Below are positions 14,701 through 64,000 of a DNA stretch of 64,000 nucleotides, one piece after another. Source of the DNA: Tubiluchus corallicola. Its lineage: Eukaryota > Animalia > Priapulida. Positions within the stretch are counted from its first letter, which is position 1. Every line of letters starts with the position of its first letter. The stretch covers positions 62,001 to 126,000 of the forward strand of contig JAQGDQ010000294.1 in the NCBI GenBank assembly GCA_030141605.1, written 5' to 3'. The notes under the pieces are model-generated. The model worked only from the letters and a program-made list of their open reading frames with translations. It was not told where the DNA came from and did not search any database. The translations under genes were made by a program, and so were the position numbers.

Positions 14701-16957
14701 CAAATTCATGCCAGGAGCACTTTAATTCTGTTCCCCATTTCACAAACTAACTGTGTTTTTCTTATTTTGAATACCAGTGAAATTTTGTAATCGACAGCCG
14801 ACCGTAAGAAAACTTCTTATTTAAACAAAGTAGCAGCCTGAAAATACACCTGGAAAAAGCTTGGACAAGATCTTAAACAGTAAAATCATAATTTATAGGT
14901 ATACCTGCTACTCTTAAAGCAGAAGATGTTGACACGGCTGTTCCACCAGGTGGCAGTCTATTCCGCTGCTTGCGAGGCATTTCCATCACGTTCCTCTTCA
15001 CCACTAAGCACTCCCCAGTGCTGGCTGATTGTGAAAGTGACGATAACGGGTAGAAGCACTGGAAAAATTAACATGAAATTACTCTTTGGACGTTCTTCGT
15101 ACATGTATGTATAAAAAAGATACATTTAAGATAATCATTGGAAAATAGATGCAATAATCACCAAATTTTTCAATGATTAACAGTTTGGCTAGGCTTGATG
15201 CTGTTACGAAGATTTAAAATTTAACAAAAAAATCTTACTTGAAAGCTGTAAATTTATTCTTAGCTGTAGCTGCATTACAGCACAGTGCACAAACTGGCTA
15301 AGACATAGATTCTAGCCATTAATGGAAAGAATTTGAATAAGCCAAGGTAATAGTTTTGATCCTCAACTAGACAATAAGCCCTATTTTAATAAATTAGGTT
15401 TTAGGGTTGAGGAAATGCAGTCAAAGCCGGAATCCTGGTGAGACGTCTCCGGATGATTACAGGATGTTGTGGTGTAGATAAGATTTGTGAGTTTAAGGAA
15501 AAGGCCAAACATTCTGGAAAATTAAGTTTATTTTAATGTTCACAAAAAATGTTAGAAGGATTTAATCACAAAAGTGTGATAAGCACCATGTCTGATTGGC
15601 AAAGTCACTCTGAAATCGCAATCATTTCACATTTGGATGCTCACATTTTGAACACACATTCTTCCACCAACGATATCGTTCATCGATTTAAGAAAAGCAG
15701 TGCACTATCACTTTCCACCAAAAGCATAATAAGTTTTTGGGGCCATCGACATACATATACATGGATTAGAATGACAAATTGCAAAAAACTCTGAAACAGG
15801 CCGGTAGCTTGGGGCCATGTGTGTTCAAGGGAAGTAGCAACAAATTGCAATTTAGTGACCTAAGTGGACTTAAAATGTCAATTACCTTGTTTCGTGCATA
15901 AATTAAAATACCCAACTATCAAGGATACATGATACCTAATTGCCTCAAAAATGCCTAAGTACTAAACATTTCCTCAACGAATTACGCGATTTACACAAAT
16001 GGCTCTACTGGTCTTCCAAAAACTCGGAATTCCGCGTATCCGCGGAAAATTCTCATCCCTGCATATAACATTATCAAGTTTTTGGTCGATTTTGGGGACC
16101 TTCCCACCTTGTGTTATGCCCCATCACCTGCCTACCCCTTATACTGATATGGAATCTAGCATTTTGTTTTTCCTCCTGCCAAGGTCAGGCAATAACATCA
16201 CTCATGTTAATTAACGGGAAGCAGTGGATTCAGGTGGCACTGGCGGTGGCAACCCCAATTTACTGAACTCATCGACCCAGATTTTACGGAGAAATTACCA
16301 AAAATGGCAGCCTGCTGGGATTGTCTTGCTCCTTACATGTATGCATGAAAAAAGTGGGAAGTCAGACAATGAGATCATGACAAAATCAACTACCTTATAA
16401 TGACATTATCACGTCTCCTGCCACCTACCTATCCTAAACATGATATCGTTATTTGTGGATGGCCCCTTTAAAAAAATGAACCAGCTAATTTTGCGCTGCT
16501 TTTGCATGAGCATTAGGTAATCTACAAAAATTTAAATTGGTTTACTCAGAGTGCACTCACGGAAAGCCACGACGAACTTAAGAAGTCAGCAAAATCCATC
16601 TGTAACATCATGATTTTCAAGTAACTGGTGGCTACCACCCCATCTGAAAGTTTCTATACAGCAGTAATGTAAATTAACTTTATGTTTTACATACAGTTTC
16701 TGCATTTTTCTTTGTTATATTTTTCTAAGTTTAATTGATAACAGTAAATTAAACCCAACATGCTAAGTGGCTTTTCCTTTCCTTTAGCATGTCTGTAGTT
16801 GCTTTGATTGCAAATTTCACGAATGTTAAGGATGTACCTGCTCATTTTCACACATCCACACTGCTTCTTCCAGGTTGAGTTGGTACAAACGAAGCCGACT
16901 TTTTATGTTGAGACGGTTACAGCTCTCACAGAATTTCATTTCTGCCATGCTGACCAT
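457..16957 (-). CDS. USPL1: USPL1-like (SUMO isopeptidase, peptidase C98 family) gene, 5' part; coding exons 16838-16957, 14905-15058, 1632-2271, 457-582; continues beyond left edge
   Basis: Four phase-compatible GT-AG exons. N-terminal CESCNRLNIKSRLRLYQLNLEEAVWMCENEQ|CFYPL resembles human USPL1 CPACREKGKLKALKTYRISFQESIFLCEDLQCIYPL. WQLVCRKCCYRMSNR and CIKCGTSDQI resemble USPL1 WDFECSQCGHQYQNR and CNNCNSKSQI. Human sequences are recalled, not searched. Confidence 0.8.
920..1440. mobile_element. Non-autonomous DNA transposon-like repeat (related partial copy at 24337-24705)
   Basis: Degenerate TIRs (cggtggtggattta ... tgtatccgccctg); internal sequence shared with 24337-24705. Confidence 0.5.
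1632..2271 (-). CDS. USPL1: USPL1-like coding exon 3 (Ser/Pro-rich linker and start of degenerate C98 domain)
   Basis: GC-richer open frame within ORF 1556..2389; tag acceptor at 2272-2274, AG|gtgggt donor at 1631; phase 1-2. Confidence 0.8.
3222..3350. repeat. ~43-bp tandem repeat x3
   Basis: tagcttgctttagttagtgtgtgcccatgtgt(g/c)gac repeated. Confidence 0.8.
5365..5782. mobile_element. GC-rich unclassified insertion ending in (TA)n
   Basis: Abrupt CpG-rich segment in an AT-rich intron, ending in (TA)n at 5745-5782. Confidence 0.35.
12205..12765. repeat. Local diverged direct duplication (~230-bp units at ~12205-12440 and ~12545-12765)
   Basis: Shared tgtgccaaggctt, aaccatctat and ttcttcttcaagcaaacaaagtggtgaa blocks. 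Confidence 0.7.
13186..13256. repeat. (TG)n microsatellite
   Basis: Seen directly. Confidence 0.85.
13640..13890. repeat. Degenerate (GTT/ATT/GAT)n low-complexity tract
   Basis: Seen directly; explains the ORFs at 13516-14004. Confidence 0.8.
14905..15058 (-). CDS. USPL1: USPL1-like coding exon 2 (CFYPLSSLSQ...SALRVA)
   Basis: ttttccag acceptor, G|gtatac donor, phase 0-1; begins with CxYPL completing the N-terminal Cys motif. Confidence 0.8.
16838..16957 (-). CDS. USPL1: USPL1-like coding exon 1 (MVSMAEMKFCESCNRL...CENEQ); whole exon 16838-17011
   Basis: tttgcag acceptor at 17012; in-frame stop upstream of ATGs at 16957 and 16948; CAG|gtacat donor at 16837. Confidence 0.8.
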
Positions 16958-17769
16958 CAATGTAACGTCATGTTTGCAATTTTAAACAACTTTACTGCTA
17001 ATCATGAATGCCTGCAAAAGAAGATTACTGCATAAAGCAACATGAAAAAAAACCAAAACAATGTGACTTAATTAGGCTTCATTGGGGCTATTAAACCCTA
17101 TTTATTACACTAGGCAGAAAACCTAGGCAGGCTTCTGGCATTTTGGAAGCACGTCCAACATCAATACTCACACATTTTCCTAGCATGTTCTATCCTGGCT
17201 ACAAAGGGATGTGGTATCCAGCAGCACAAGAAATAGGAACTTGTTGCAATTGCTCAGGGAAAGGGAAATTACTTTGGAAGGAGTTTACAATTCCCCATAC
17301 AATTTGAATATATTAAACCTAACCCTAATCCTTATCCGCTTTGCTAACTCATTTCTTGTGTGTGGGGGTGTGGGGGGGGGGGGGGGGATTTGTAAACTTT
17401 AGCCATTTGTTAAATTTCCACAAAATGGCCCTCAATATGCATTACAGCCTGCTGGTGTAGCATGACAAGCGAAATTAATTCATGCAAAAGCACAAAAAAT
17501 AATTACCTACTTTGCAACAGTGACTTGCTACCAGTTGAGTTAGAATTGAGCCATACATTATGCATGTACAATTATGCACCGTTACATGCATGTGGTCATT
17601 CCACAGTAAATGTTACCAGTGACACTCACTCGCAAACATGGTTAAAAAATTTCTAAAGTTCATGTTGCAATGCACAAAGTGATAATTAGACTTAGTCTAA
17701 GTAAGCATTATATGAATGTATTTCAGAGTTAAAGGTAATTTTTGGAATAAGGGAGGCAATAGCTTATTA

Positions 17770-18060
17770 CTGTGTTTATGCGAAATACAGCAGTCTGAAC
17801 ATCGAAAAGGTGCAGTTGGTGAAGAGATTTGAAATAGGTGCTGTATGGTCCCTGTGTCCTGAAAATGTGATTGCTCGAAGAGCTTTCCTTTGCGAAATTT
17901 CTACTTTAGAAAGGTGCGACGTACAACAAACTATGTTGGCATACTGTAAGTATGCTAATGTTAAAGAAAAATAAAGCTGAGGTAGTACTGACTTAGAGAA
18001 TTTATCGCACACCCCATATATTATTTCAACATTTGACATTTTTACTTCAATAAATTTTAG
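17770..18060 (-). mobile_element. Degenerate L2/Crack-like LINE ORF2 C-terminal fragment
   Basis: LYFSLTLAYLQYANIV...QRKALRAITFSGHRDHTAP is typical of the post-RT region. Confidence 0.65.
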
Positions 18061-18271
18061 ATGATTGTAAAGTTCGAAAATATAATCAGAGCATTCGTAG
18101 CGCAAAAATCATTAACTAAGCAAAAATCTAAATTCTCACACTTCAATGAAAAAAAATATTAACAAATTTCATTTGATTAGGTAGCTGACAAAAAACAAAA
18201 CCATAAACAGCAATTTATCGCACTAAAAGTCCTGTTTAGTCTAATTTAATATCTCTAAAACTGCTTCGTAC

Positions 18272-19472
18272 CTTACAGCATATCATCAACAAGAAACAGA
18301 TTAAGACAAAAAAGAAACCGGCCAGAGCACATGTCGTAAAATTTCGTTCACTGCGCGAAATTGCTAATGGCATGGATTTCAAAAGCAGAAAGCTTGACTG
18401 TTCTGAAGGTGTTTCAGTTGTGCAGTTTTTTCACAGCGACTCCGTCATTGAACTCTGTTCGTCACAAAAGTGACAAAATTAAATTTAGTCTCGAAATGAA
18501 CATTGAAAGTTCGAGTCGAATTCAGTATACACAGATCATTCATATTACTTTATTTTGTTCTGCAGTAAAAACACCAATAATTTGTTTTAAATTTTTTTCT
18601 CAGAAATTGCAGGTAAATTCTGCTGATTGCTTTCAAATGATTGTCCTGTAAGTCTGTAGCACCCTCGCAAAGCACACACAGCTATCTTTGAGAATTTGAA
18701 GAGGAGCCAGTGAACCACTAAGCAGCCATCTCAATGAATCATAGCAGTGGTAATTACTAGACATTTAGGCAACTTGCACAGCAAGTTTATTGTATAAAAC
18801 ACCTCCTTAATCTTATAAATAATAGAGTCTATACACTCAAATTTTTTTATTTTTTTTTGTGATAAAATACTTGCCGAAATGCTCTTTTTGCCATTACGTC
18901 ATATTTATTGATAGCTTCATTTTTATCTTGTACATATGCCCAGACAATTGACCTTGGCCATGACGAGACCTAATATTGCTGTTTGAAAATGCTTGAATTA
19001 AAAAGACACCATCAAGATCTTATTGAAATTTATAAAATAATAACTAGAAAAGTAAACATTTTGCCAGAAAAATTCCTTACTTTAGTTGTTGATCCCAAGG
19101 CTAGAGAACATAGTTTAAAACTGTTTAAAGAGCGGTCACGGCTTGGCATGCGTAAATATTCATTTTCCGTGAGAGTTATGAATGAATAGAATAATCTGCC
19201 TGACACGGTAATCGCCTCACCAACTACAGTAAAGTTTAAGTCCTTAATCGACAAATATTTTGCGCAAAAATAAGGGGTTTCTATGAGTGTACTCACTTAA
19301 CCCCTAATCATGACAGTATAACAGTCCCGCGAAACGCGTTATTATCGGATTATAGTGTAAACAAAATTGAACCATGAGTCAGGATGGCATTTTTGCTGTG
19401 AAAACGTGATCCGCAAAACGATTACGCGCGTCGAGTAGTCTCTAATGGTCGTTGCACACTGCACTGATCTAG
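18272..19472. promoter_or_regulatory. Putative divergent promoter region with candidate first exons of USPL1-like (minus, ~18272-18350) and PEPD (plus, ~19380-19472)
   Basis: CpG-enriched patches at ~18320-18520 and ~19320-19520; minus donor AAG|gtacga at 18271; plus donor AG|gtaaga at 19473; both downstream coding exons begin with acceptors and need an upstream exon. Confidence 0.45.
18980..19275 (+). mobile_element. CR1-like LINE 3' fragment
   Basis: DLIEIYKII...REHSLKLFKERSRLGMRKYSFSVRVMNE*NNLP. Confidence 0.75.
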
Positions 19473-20083
19473 GTAAGAAAGTACCTGTTTGCAAATTATG
19501 CGGAGGGCAGGTGCACTTTGTGCAGGTAACGTTTACTAGACGTGATAAACTTTATCCAAGTGGTAGCTGAGTAGAAGAGACACTAGGCCACGGCAAAGTT
19601 TAACAGGTTAATAGATGCGTCTGGGCTAACATTCAGTTTCAGTGACTCGCTTGTTACACTATTAACTTTGTTTTAAAGGTAGGTTGCATATAGGCAAACT
19701 TTTTAAACATTTGGAAACCGTTAATAGAGTATGGGTAGAATAATTATCGTGTTACGTACTCATTTAATTTGTGTTTAACCTACAACTTTATTGCTATCAT
19801 GTTCCAACGAAGTGCCCGTACTACCAATTTTTTTCACTGATATAAAATATACATTGAAAATAGTCTTGAGTGGTTTTAGAATAGAATAATTTTGTTTGTG
19901 GTGGTTTCCATGTAAATTCTCACACTTGGGTACTGTTTACGTTTATTTTCTATGAGTATGATACTGCAATTATTGCAAAAATGACACTAAATTGCATAGA
20001 GTTATCTATAGAGTATAGTGCAGTTGACAATCTTATTGGTACTTGCAGGTCCATACAGTGTCACAATCAACTACACAGTCATA

Positions 20084-21583
20084 ATGGCCGGTGCAGTAAT
20101 GCGAACGGAACCAACATTTTGTCTGGGAGATCACACAAATAGAATCCCAATGGAATTACATCGAGTTAACCGCCAAAAACTAGCTAAACGACTGAAAAAG
20201 AATCCAGATGTACCAGATGGTGCTATCGTTCTGCTGCAGGGTGGAGAATCGACGACCCTATATTGTTCAGACCGTGAACTTGTCTTCCGGCAAGAATCAT
20301 ACTTTCACTGGATGTTCGGAACATTGGAGCCAGATTGTTTTGGAGCCATGGAAGTTGATACTGGTAATGCACTTTTGTTTGTGCCAAAGCTACCAGAATC
20401 GTATGCAGTTTGGATGGGCAAATTACAGACACTAAGAGAGTTCAAGAAAAAATATGACGTCGAGGAAGTCCACTTTGTCCCAGATATTAGTAGCGTTTTG
20501 TCTTCGAAAAGTCCGTCTGTGATACTAACGTTGTATGGTCTAAACACAGACAGCGGAAAAATGTCAAGGGAAGCAGCTTTTGACGGTATAAGCGAATTCA
20601 ATGTAAACAATTCCATCTTGCATCCAGAAATAGCAGAATGCCGAGTGACGAAGACTGACCTTGAATTAGAAGTGCTCAGGTATGCAAACAGAATAAGCAG
20701 TGAAGCCCACAAAGAAGTAATGAGGAGGATTCGGCCTGGCATGAAGGAATACCAATTAGAGAGTCTTTTCCAACACCACGTTTATACTAATGGAGGCTGT
20801 CGCTTCACAGCATACACCTGCATTTGTGGAAGTGGCGACAACGGCGCAACTCTGCATTACGGTCATGCCGGAGCTCCAAATGAAAAAACTGTTCAGGACG
20901 GTGACATGTGCCTCTTTGATATGGGTGGCGAGTACTACTGCTATACATCCGATATCACGTGTTCATTCCCAGCTAATGGAAAATTTACGCAAGATCAAAG
21001 GATTGTCTACGAAGCTGTGCTGAAGGCGAATCGTGCCGTTATTGCTGCCGTCAAGCCAGACGTGCAGTGGGTCGACATGCACAGGCTCGCAGAGAGAGTG
21101 CAATTAGAAGAGCTAAAAAAAGCTGGACTTCTGCAAGGCGATGTTGATGAAATGATGAAAGTAAATCTTGGCGCTGTCTTCATGCCACACGGATTAGGTC
21201 ATTTCATGGGCTGCGATGTGCACGATGTGGGTGGTTATCCGAAAGGAACGGAGAGACTCAACGAGCCCGGTTTGCGGTCGCTGCGCACAACCCGCAAGCT
21301 GGAAGAAGGTATGGTAATTACCGTCGAGCCCGGAATTTACTTCATACCAGCCCTCATCGAACCGGCCTTGAACAGTCCGGAGACGAGGCAGTTCATGGTT
21401 CCGGAGGCCATCAGCAGGTTTCGCGGATTTGGTGGAGTTCGCATTGAAGACGACATAGCCATTACGAGTGACGGTTGCGAGCTAATGACATGCGTGCCTC
21501 GTACGGTGGAAGAGATAGAGGCATTTATGGCAAGTGCTAGGAAAGGGGGTGATTCTTCTACTGATGAGTCTACCCACTTATGA
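20084..21583 (+). CDS. PEPD: Xaa-Pro dipeptidase (prolidase, M24B), 499 aa, single coding exon
   Basis: Uninterrupted ORF with FRQESYFHW and metal ligands in FDMG, SDIT, PHGLGH, TVEPG and GGVRIED; acceptor ttgcag ending at 20048; ATG at 20084. Confidence 0.96.
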   Translation: MAGAVMRTEPTFCLGDHTNRIPMELHRVNRQKLAKRLKKNPDVPDGAIVLLQGGESTTLYCSDRELVFRQESYFHWMFGTLEPDCFGAMEVDTGNALLFVPKLPESYAVWMGKLQTLREFKKKYDVEEVHFVPDISSVLSSKSPSVILTLYGLNTDSGKMSREAAFDGISEFNVNNSILHPEIAECRVTKTDLELEVLRYANRISSEAHKEVMRRIRPGMKEYQLESLFQHHVYTNGGCRFTAYTCICGSGDNGATLHYGHAGAPNEKTVQDGDMCLFDMGGEYYCYTSDITCSFPANGKFTQDQRIVYEAVLKANRAVIAAVKPDVQWVDMHRLAERVQLEELKKAGLLQGDVDEMMKVNLGAVFMPHGLGHFMGCDVHDVGGYPKGTERLNEPGLRSLRTTRKLEEGMVITVEPGIYFIPALIEPALNSPETRQFMVPEAISRFRGFGGVRIEDDIAITSDGCELMTCVPRTVEEIEAFMASARKGGDSSTDESTHL

Positions 21584-21821
21584 GACATAAGATTGGTTTC
21601 TGGGTGAAATATTAAATGGTGATAAAGTTTTAGTACTGTACTAGCACATATGCTCTTTTAAAAATGTGAAAAAGCATTTTGGTAGACAAAGTGGCAGATT
21701 TATTTTTACAAATATAACTTTACAATATTTTTCTGTACATTGTGCAAGACACGTTACTTTCCATGATAAATCCATTAAGTCAACCAACAATGAAACACAT
21801 TCGATTATATAACACACTGCA

Positions 21822-21827
21822 AATAAA
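21822..21827 (+). terminator. Candidate PEPD polyadenylation signal AATAAA
   Basis: AATAAA about 240 nt after the stop codon. Confidence 0.4.
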
Positions 21828-22051
21828 ATGAACTATGAAAAATACAGTGAAAATGAACTATAGCACTTACCTTGTAAATAAGTGATGGTAACAAATATGA
21901 ATAATTATTGTAGTTACCAACATGCAAAAATATAACGGAATTGAAAACAAATTGGAATTGTTAAATATCAGTTACAGTCGCTAAAATTGATTACATCATG
22001 ACCGTTAATGCTTAGCCAACGAAAAGCAAGGCAGCATCAAAGAAATCCACA

Positions 22052-22400
22052 TAATAAGCCTTTTCACAGTTCCAGATTGATGAAGATCGTGAAAAGGTCA
22101 GAAGTCAAGTGTACCAGACAACGCATTTATGTACAGTTGATAATGCCTTGCAGGCCATGCTACTGTAATAGTAACAGTTTTAACAGCTAGAACCTTACTT
22201 AGTTCATTTTTTCTCGTTCCCAAGCAAGACCCTGTTAGCAAAATCTACACGCAGACTAATGCATAATTAAGTAAAGTTCACGTAAAACAGCTGAAGCAAC
22301 AAACGGCTTTGCTTTACCTCTCGTCACGTGACAGTTGTTGTGGTACACTTAACCTTTGACCCACAACAACTGCGCGTTCACACAATGAAACTGTGAAAAG
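22052..22400. mobile_element. MITE-like repeat with inverted arms (copy at 59894-60278; fragment at ~4450-4505)
   Basis: aagtgtaccagacaac ... gttgtggtacactt inverted arms; near-identical second copy. Confidence 0.65.
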
Positions 22401-24183
22401 TATTATTGTGAATACTTGTTATAGACGGTATCGTCGTACAATGTACACTGTTGTTGACTCTTGCAGGAGCTAACAATTCAAAAATTAATTATTATTGCCA
22501 ACATAAGAGCATTCCTAGTTGCACCTAGTCATCGGTATTTATTAATCAGCATTAAATTTACCTCCTCCCTCACATTCTCTCCGTAGTGACCTCTTTATTT
22601 GCAGTGATATTTGTGAAAACTAGCGAATGACAACTTCTAAATACGTTAGGCACCACTCACTTCCGGAGATAGTTTTGAGCCAATTGGCTGATGGAATACG
22701 TCACTGTTTAGCTTAGGCAAAGGCTGCAAGAGCATTAAATATTACAGGGTTCCCACAGTCAGTAAACATCCTGGACAATCCTTGATAACACAGGCTACCC
22801 TGCAAAATCATGGAAAAGACAGGCAGGGAAAAGATAATTTGGTAAAAAGTCAGGGAAAATGAAAATGGGACGAAAAGTGGAAAGGGTTGCAAAAATAATC
22901 ACCATGAACCTATACTTTTTGCTATGGCAGGTTCCCAGTTTCTATGTCTGTTTCAATAATAATGATTGGCCAACACGTTATACACCAGTATACGCATGAA
23001 TGTCCATACACAAACACGTTTGAATATGTATAATGGTAATGCAATTTCTACTTTTCTTGGTCATGGAAGTCGGAAATTTATTTTAAAATTCTGTGGGAAC
23101 CCTATGTTAGGTCTTTACGCTTATGGTCTACTGTATTTTTCCAAAAATAACTCTATGCTCTTAGTTGCTCTGTGAATTTACGCTTGTAAATTCGCAAAGA
23201 GTAGTGACAGATTATTGCAGCTGCGTCCGTAGTGTAACAGCAACAGTTAACTGATTAAACAGTCGGTGAAAAGCAGCAAGAGCTTCAAAGACAAGCCGCT
23301 AGGCACGTGATTAAAAGTTCAGCTTCCATAAATTCTTTGCCAATGAGGTTACCTGCAGAGGATGCACCAATGATAGATGGGCAACAGAAAGCAAACTGCT
23401 AGCTAGCATATCAGTGATAAAGACCATTTGTTTTCAAACAAAACGACGCTTAACTCGATTGTTTCTAAGTATATTACACGAAAGTAAAGTAAAGATGACA
23501 CAAAAGTGGCAAAATTTCTTTGATCACACACAAGTTTCTTATTTTAAGTACCTGATGCAAAATTTTTAATCAATTGTGCGAAGTTATTCGAACCAATACC
23601 GGCAGTGAATAGGGGTTTCCTGTACCAGCTGTATTTGAGTCAATTAGGCAACTGAATCCCATTAACCACGAGTATAATAAACGGCACCAACTGTACCTAT
23701 TTATTACTGGGAAGATTTCATTTGGTAAAACGAAATAAAAAACATTCCTGAAACTTCCCAATTTGATATTTGAAGTTTATGCTTTATAATCTTTATTCAC
23801 CTAATATAAAATGGACAGAATTGGATTCATGCATGTTTATAAGAAAATTTAAAGTAGGCGAGCTGTACCAAGTTTCAGTAAAAGTAATAAATGATATGTA
23901 ACTACTTCTATTTAGTATCTAGCAGTTCATTAACTACATGTACGTCTGAAACTAGGTCAATGCTACCTGATAGATTAAACACACAAGATAAGAATAGTCG
24001 AATACAAACTTTATGCCCTGAGTGCTCTAAGTAAACCTTACTTATCGTTCCAGGCAAGTTGAGCCACATGCGAATGCATAGGAAACATGGAGATTGATAA
24101 GAATCAACAACGTAACATGATTAAAAACAATAATTATTGTAACATTCATCACAATGTAGTATTTATTAAACTTGACTTTGGCA

Positions 24184-61840
<37,657 letters not shown>

Positions 61841-61967
61841 CTGTAAGAAAAAACTTAATCACTGTTCAAAATTCTACACTGCATCTTTAGTGTAACCATT
61901 ATTACACAACATACACAGAATACTTATGCGACTAACCAATAATGATGATAAGTATTTTTATTTGTTG

Positions 61968-61969
<2 letters not shown>

Positions 61970-61998
<29 letters not shown>

Positions 61999-62325
61999 GT
62001 ATATATATACATGCAATAAATAAAAATACTTATCATATATATATATATATGAAAATATTATTAGAAAACACTGATGATGTGTGGATATATAAGATGCAAG
62101 TCCACAATATAGTAATAATATATTAATAAAAACATTAGAGAAAAACACACACACAGAGCTGTTATATTTCAACATTATTTTAAATTAGATGATATTTTGA
62201 TATTTCCCTCAGTAAACCTGTTCTGTTTGAAGATACTATGTATCGAATGTATCGAAAGCTAAACATCTAAATTAAATTAATACTGAAATATAACGGTGTA
62301 TGTTTTTCTCTAGTGTTTTCGTTAC

Positions 62326-62384
<59 letters not shown>

Positions 62385-62430
62385 GGAGAGGGACACACAT
62401 ACAGAGAAATACATACAGATACATATATAT
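61970..62430. repeat. (TA)n and (AG)n microsatellite cluster
   Basis: Seen directly. Confidence 0.75.
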
Positions 62431-62974
62431 ATACAACGCCTCTATTTACAGCATTAATTGCTATACCAATTTAACAATACGGCAAAATATTTCAAATCAA
62501 TATAATATATGACATGCCACAATAACAATATTATGCAATTATGGAATAATAAAGACTATAAGAAACTATACATTTTATAACACAAGATAATAAATATACA
62601 GTAACATCAACAAAGCAGTAAACAAGGCGAGTACAAGACGGCAATATGCTACTAAGCCAGTAACTTCGTAATAGTCTGGCAAACTGTGGGGCCTAAACGT
62701 GCTGATAGGGGGGGGGGGGGGTGGCAAGACCAGAACACATTTAATTACGAAAAATAATCTCTAAGATAAGGCAAGAAATTAGCAGCGACTTTGGCTTATA
62801 CAAACATCTCATCGAACGAAAGATTCTCCAAGAATACGCTTTTATTTGGTTAAATAGACAAGTAATCCGTAGCAATTTCCCAACTTTTCCTGTCACTCTT
62901 ATTAACCAGGTCCAGTAGTGCTCAACTTTTGTCATTAAGTGCACACATTGAACAAAAAGTTGTGAGAACTTATG

Positions 62975-63910
62975 CTCTTATTTGATTTTGGTTGTAGGCG
63001 GCGATGAGCATGACAGGGCGACGCTAACTGTTGACAATGTTGTGACAAAACACACTACTACATACACACACCTTGGCGCTATGATAACGGAAGATGATAA
63101 GATGAGTACAGTTATTGCAAAACATCTTGAGAATAAAAATCCCGACATCTTAAATTCCACGCATTTATTAGTAAGAAAAATGACTATCCGTACTGGGTAA
63201 AGAAAAAAGTTTTGGATAGCGCACTAATAACAGGTGTCTTGTTATTAGTGGAATACTGATTTGAAAAGCGTTATGCCTAACACCATATATATGGATCTCA
63301 TCAAATATCTACTGTCTGTTAAACGGGCATCATGCAATGATCTAGTGCTGTTGGAAACCGACTATCCAACTTTCTCAACATGGGCCAAGTGCAGGCAAAT
63401 GCATCTGTGGAGGAAGATGACAAAGTCTTCAGAGAAACATCGGACATTGTTCGAAGATATGAAATAGTGAATCAGTGTAACAGTGACTTAGCAAAATGCT
63501 TGAGAAACTAATCAGCGGTCAATGAGAAAGTATACACTGCACAGCAACACAACTTACTAAGGGAGCTTTGAACACTAATTCTACTAAACGTATGGTTTAC
63601 AAGGAATTCAACTCGGCCTTGAAAACCCCAAACATACCAGAGAATACTATAGAAAAATATCGCATAGCTTGCTCTCGACTAAGGCTACAAACACATCACT
63701 TAAAAACTGAGACCAGTAGATGGGATGATGAAGATAGAAACCAACAACTATGTACATGTGGAGAGATACAAACAGAAAAACATGTATTAACGAACTGTAA
63801 CTGAAATTAGAAGAAAATATCTAAGTGTGAAGTTTTCTGCACTGTCTAATATTATAGAGAACAACTATGCATTTGAAATTTGCTCGCAAGTGTTACAAAC
63901 ATTTCAAAAC
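62975..63910 (+). mobile_element. Degenerate non-LTR retrotransposon ORF2 3' part
   Basis: YTHLGAMITED (RT end), SRLRLQTHHLKTETSRW, LCTCGEIQTEKHVLTNC zinc knuckle; frameshifts and stops present. Confidence 0.75.
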
Positions 63911-64000
63911 TAACTGTGGTTTTACTAATGTTTACTGTTTCGTTAAAATATCAAATTAAAATGTATAACCACTTTTTCAATGTTGTAAAGTTAGTACATC

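Noticed and set aside
20018-21583. Horizontally acquired bacterial PepQ/PepP, or a signal peptide from start 20018
   Set aside because: The sequence is animal PEPD-type; 20018 is a GTG inside the intron upstream of the acceptor at 20048
20208-21588. Overlapping and antisense ORFs within PEPD
   Set aside because: Short shadow ORFs of the coding sequence

Overview
AT-rich, intron- and repeat-rich animal (probably invertebrate) genomic DNA with no prokaryotic features. Three protein-coding genes were reconstructed by hand from splice sites, phase continuity and recalled similarity to human proteins. (1) The 5' part of a USPL1-like gene on the minus strand: coding exons 16838-16957, 14905-15058, 1632-2271 and 457-582, continuing off the left edge; its catalytic Cys box appears to be missing. 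(2) An Xaa-Pro dipeptidase (prolidase, PEPD) on the plus strand with an intronless CDS (20084-21583), head-to-head with the USPL1-like gene. (3) A PAS-domain Ser/Thr kinase (PASK) on the minus strand: 18 coding exons across 24184-61840, about 996 aa from the Met at 61795, tail-to-tail with PEPD. Introns contain several MITE families (Kolobok-like, hAT-like and an unclassified ~640-bp TIR family), a pogo remnant, LINE and SINE fragments, microsatellites and at least seven minisatellites. These include a 52 x 36-bp two-variant array and a 71-bp array that has copied a PASK splice donor five times. I found no convincing wholly new system. The best leads are the probable pseudo-enzyme USPL1, the retrogene-like PEPD, and minisatellites sitting at TE ends and splice donors. 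No database search was run.
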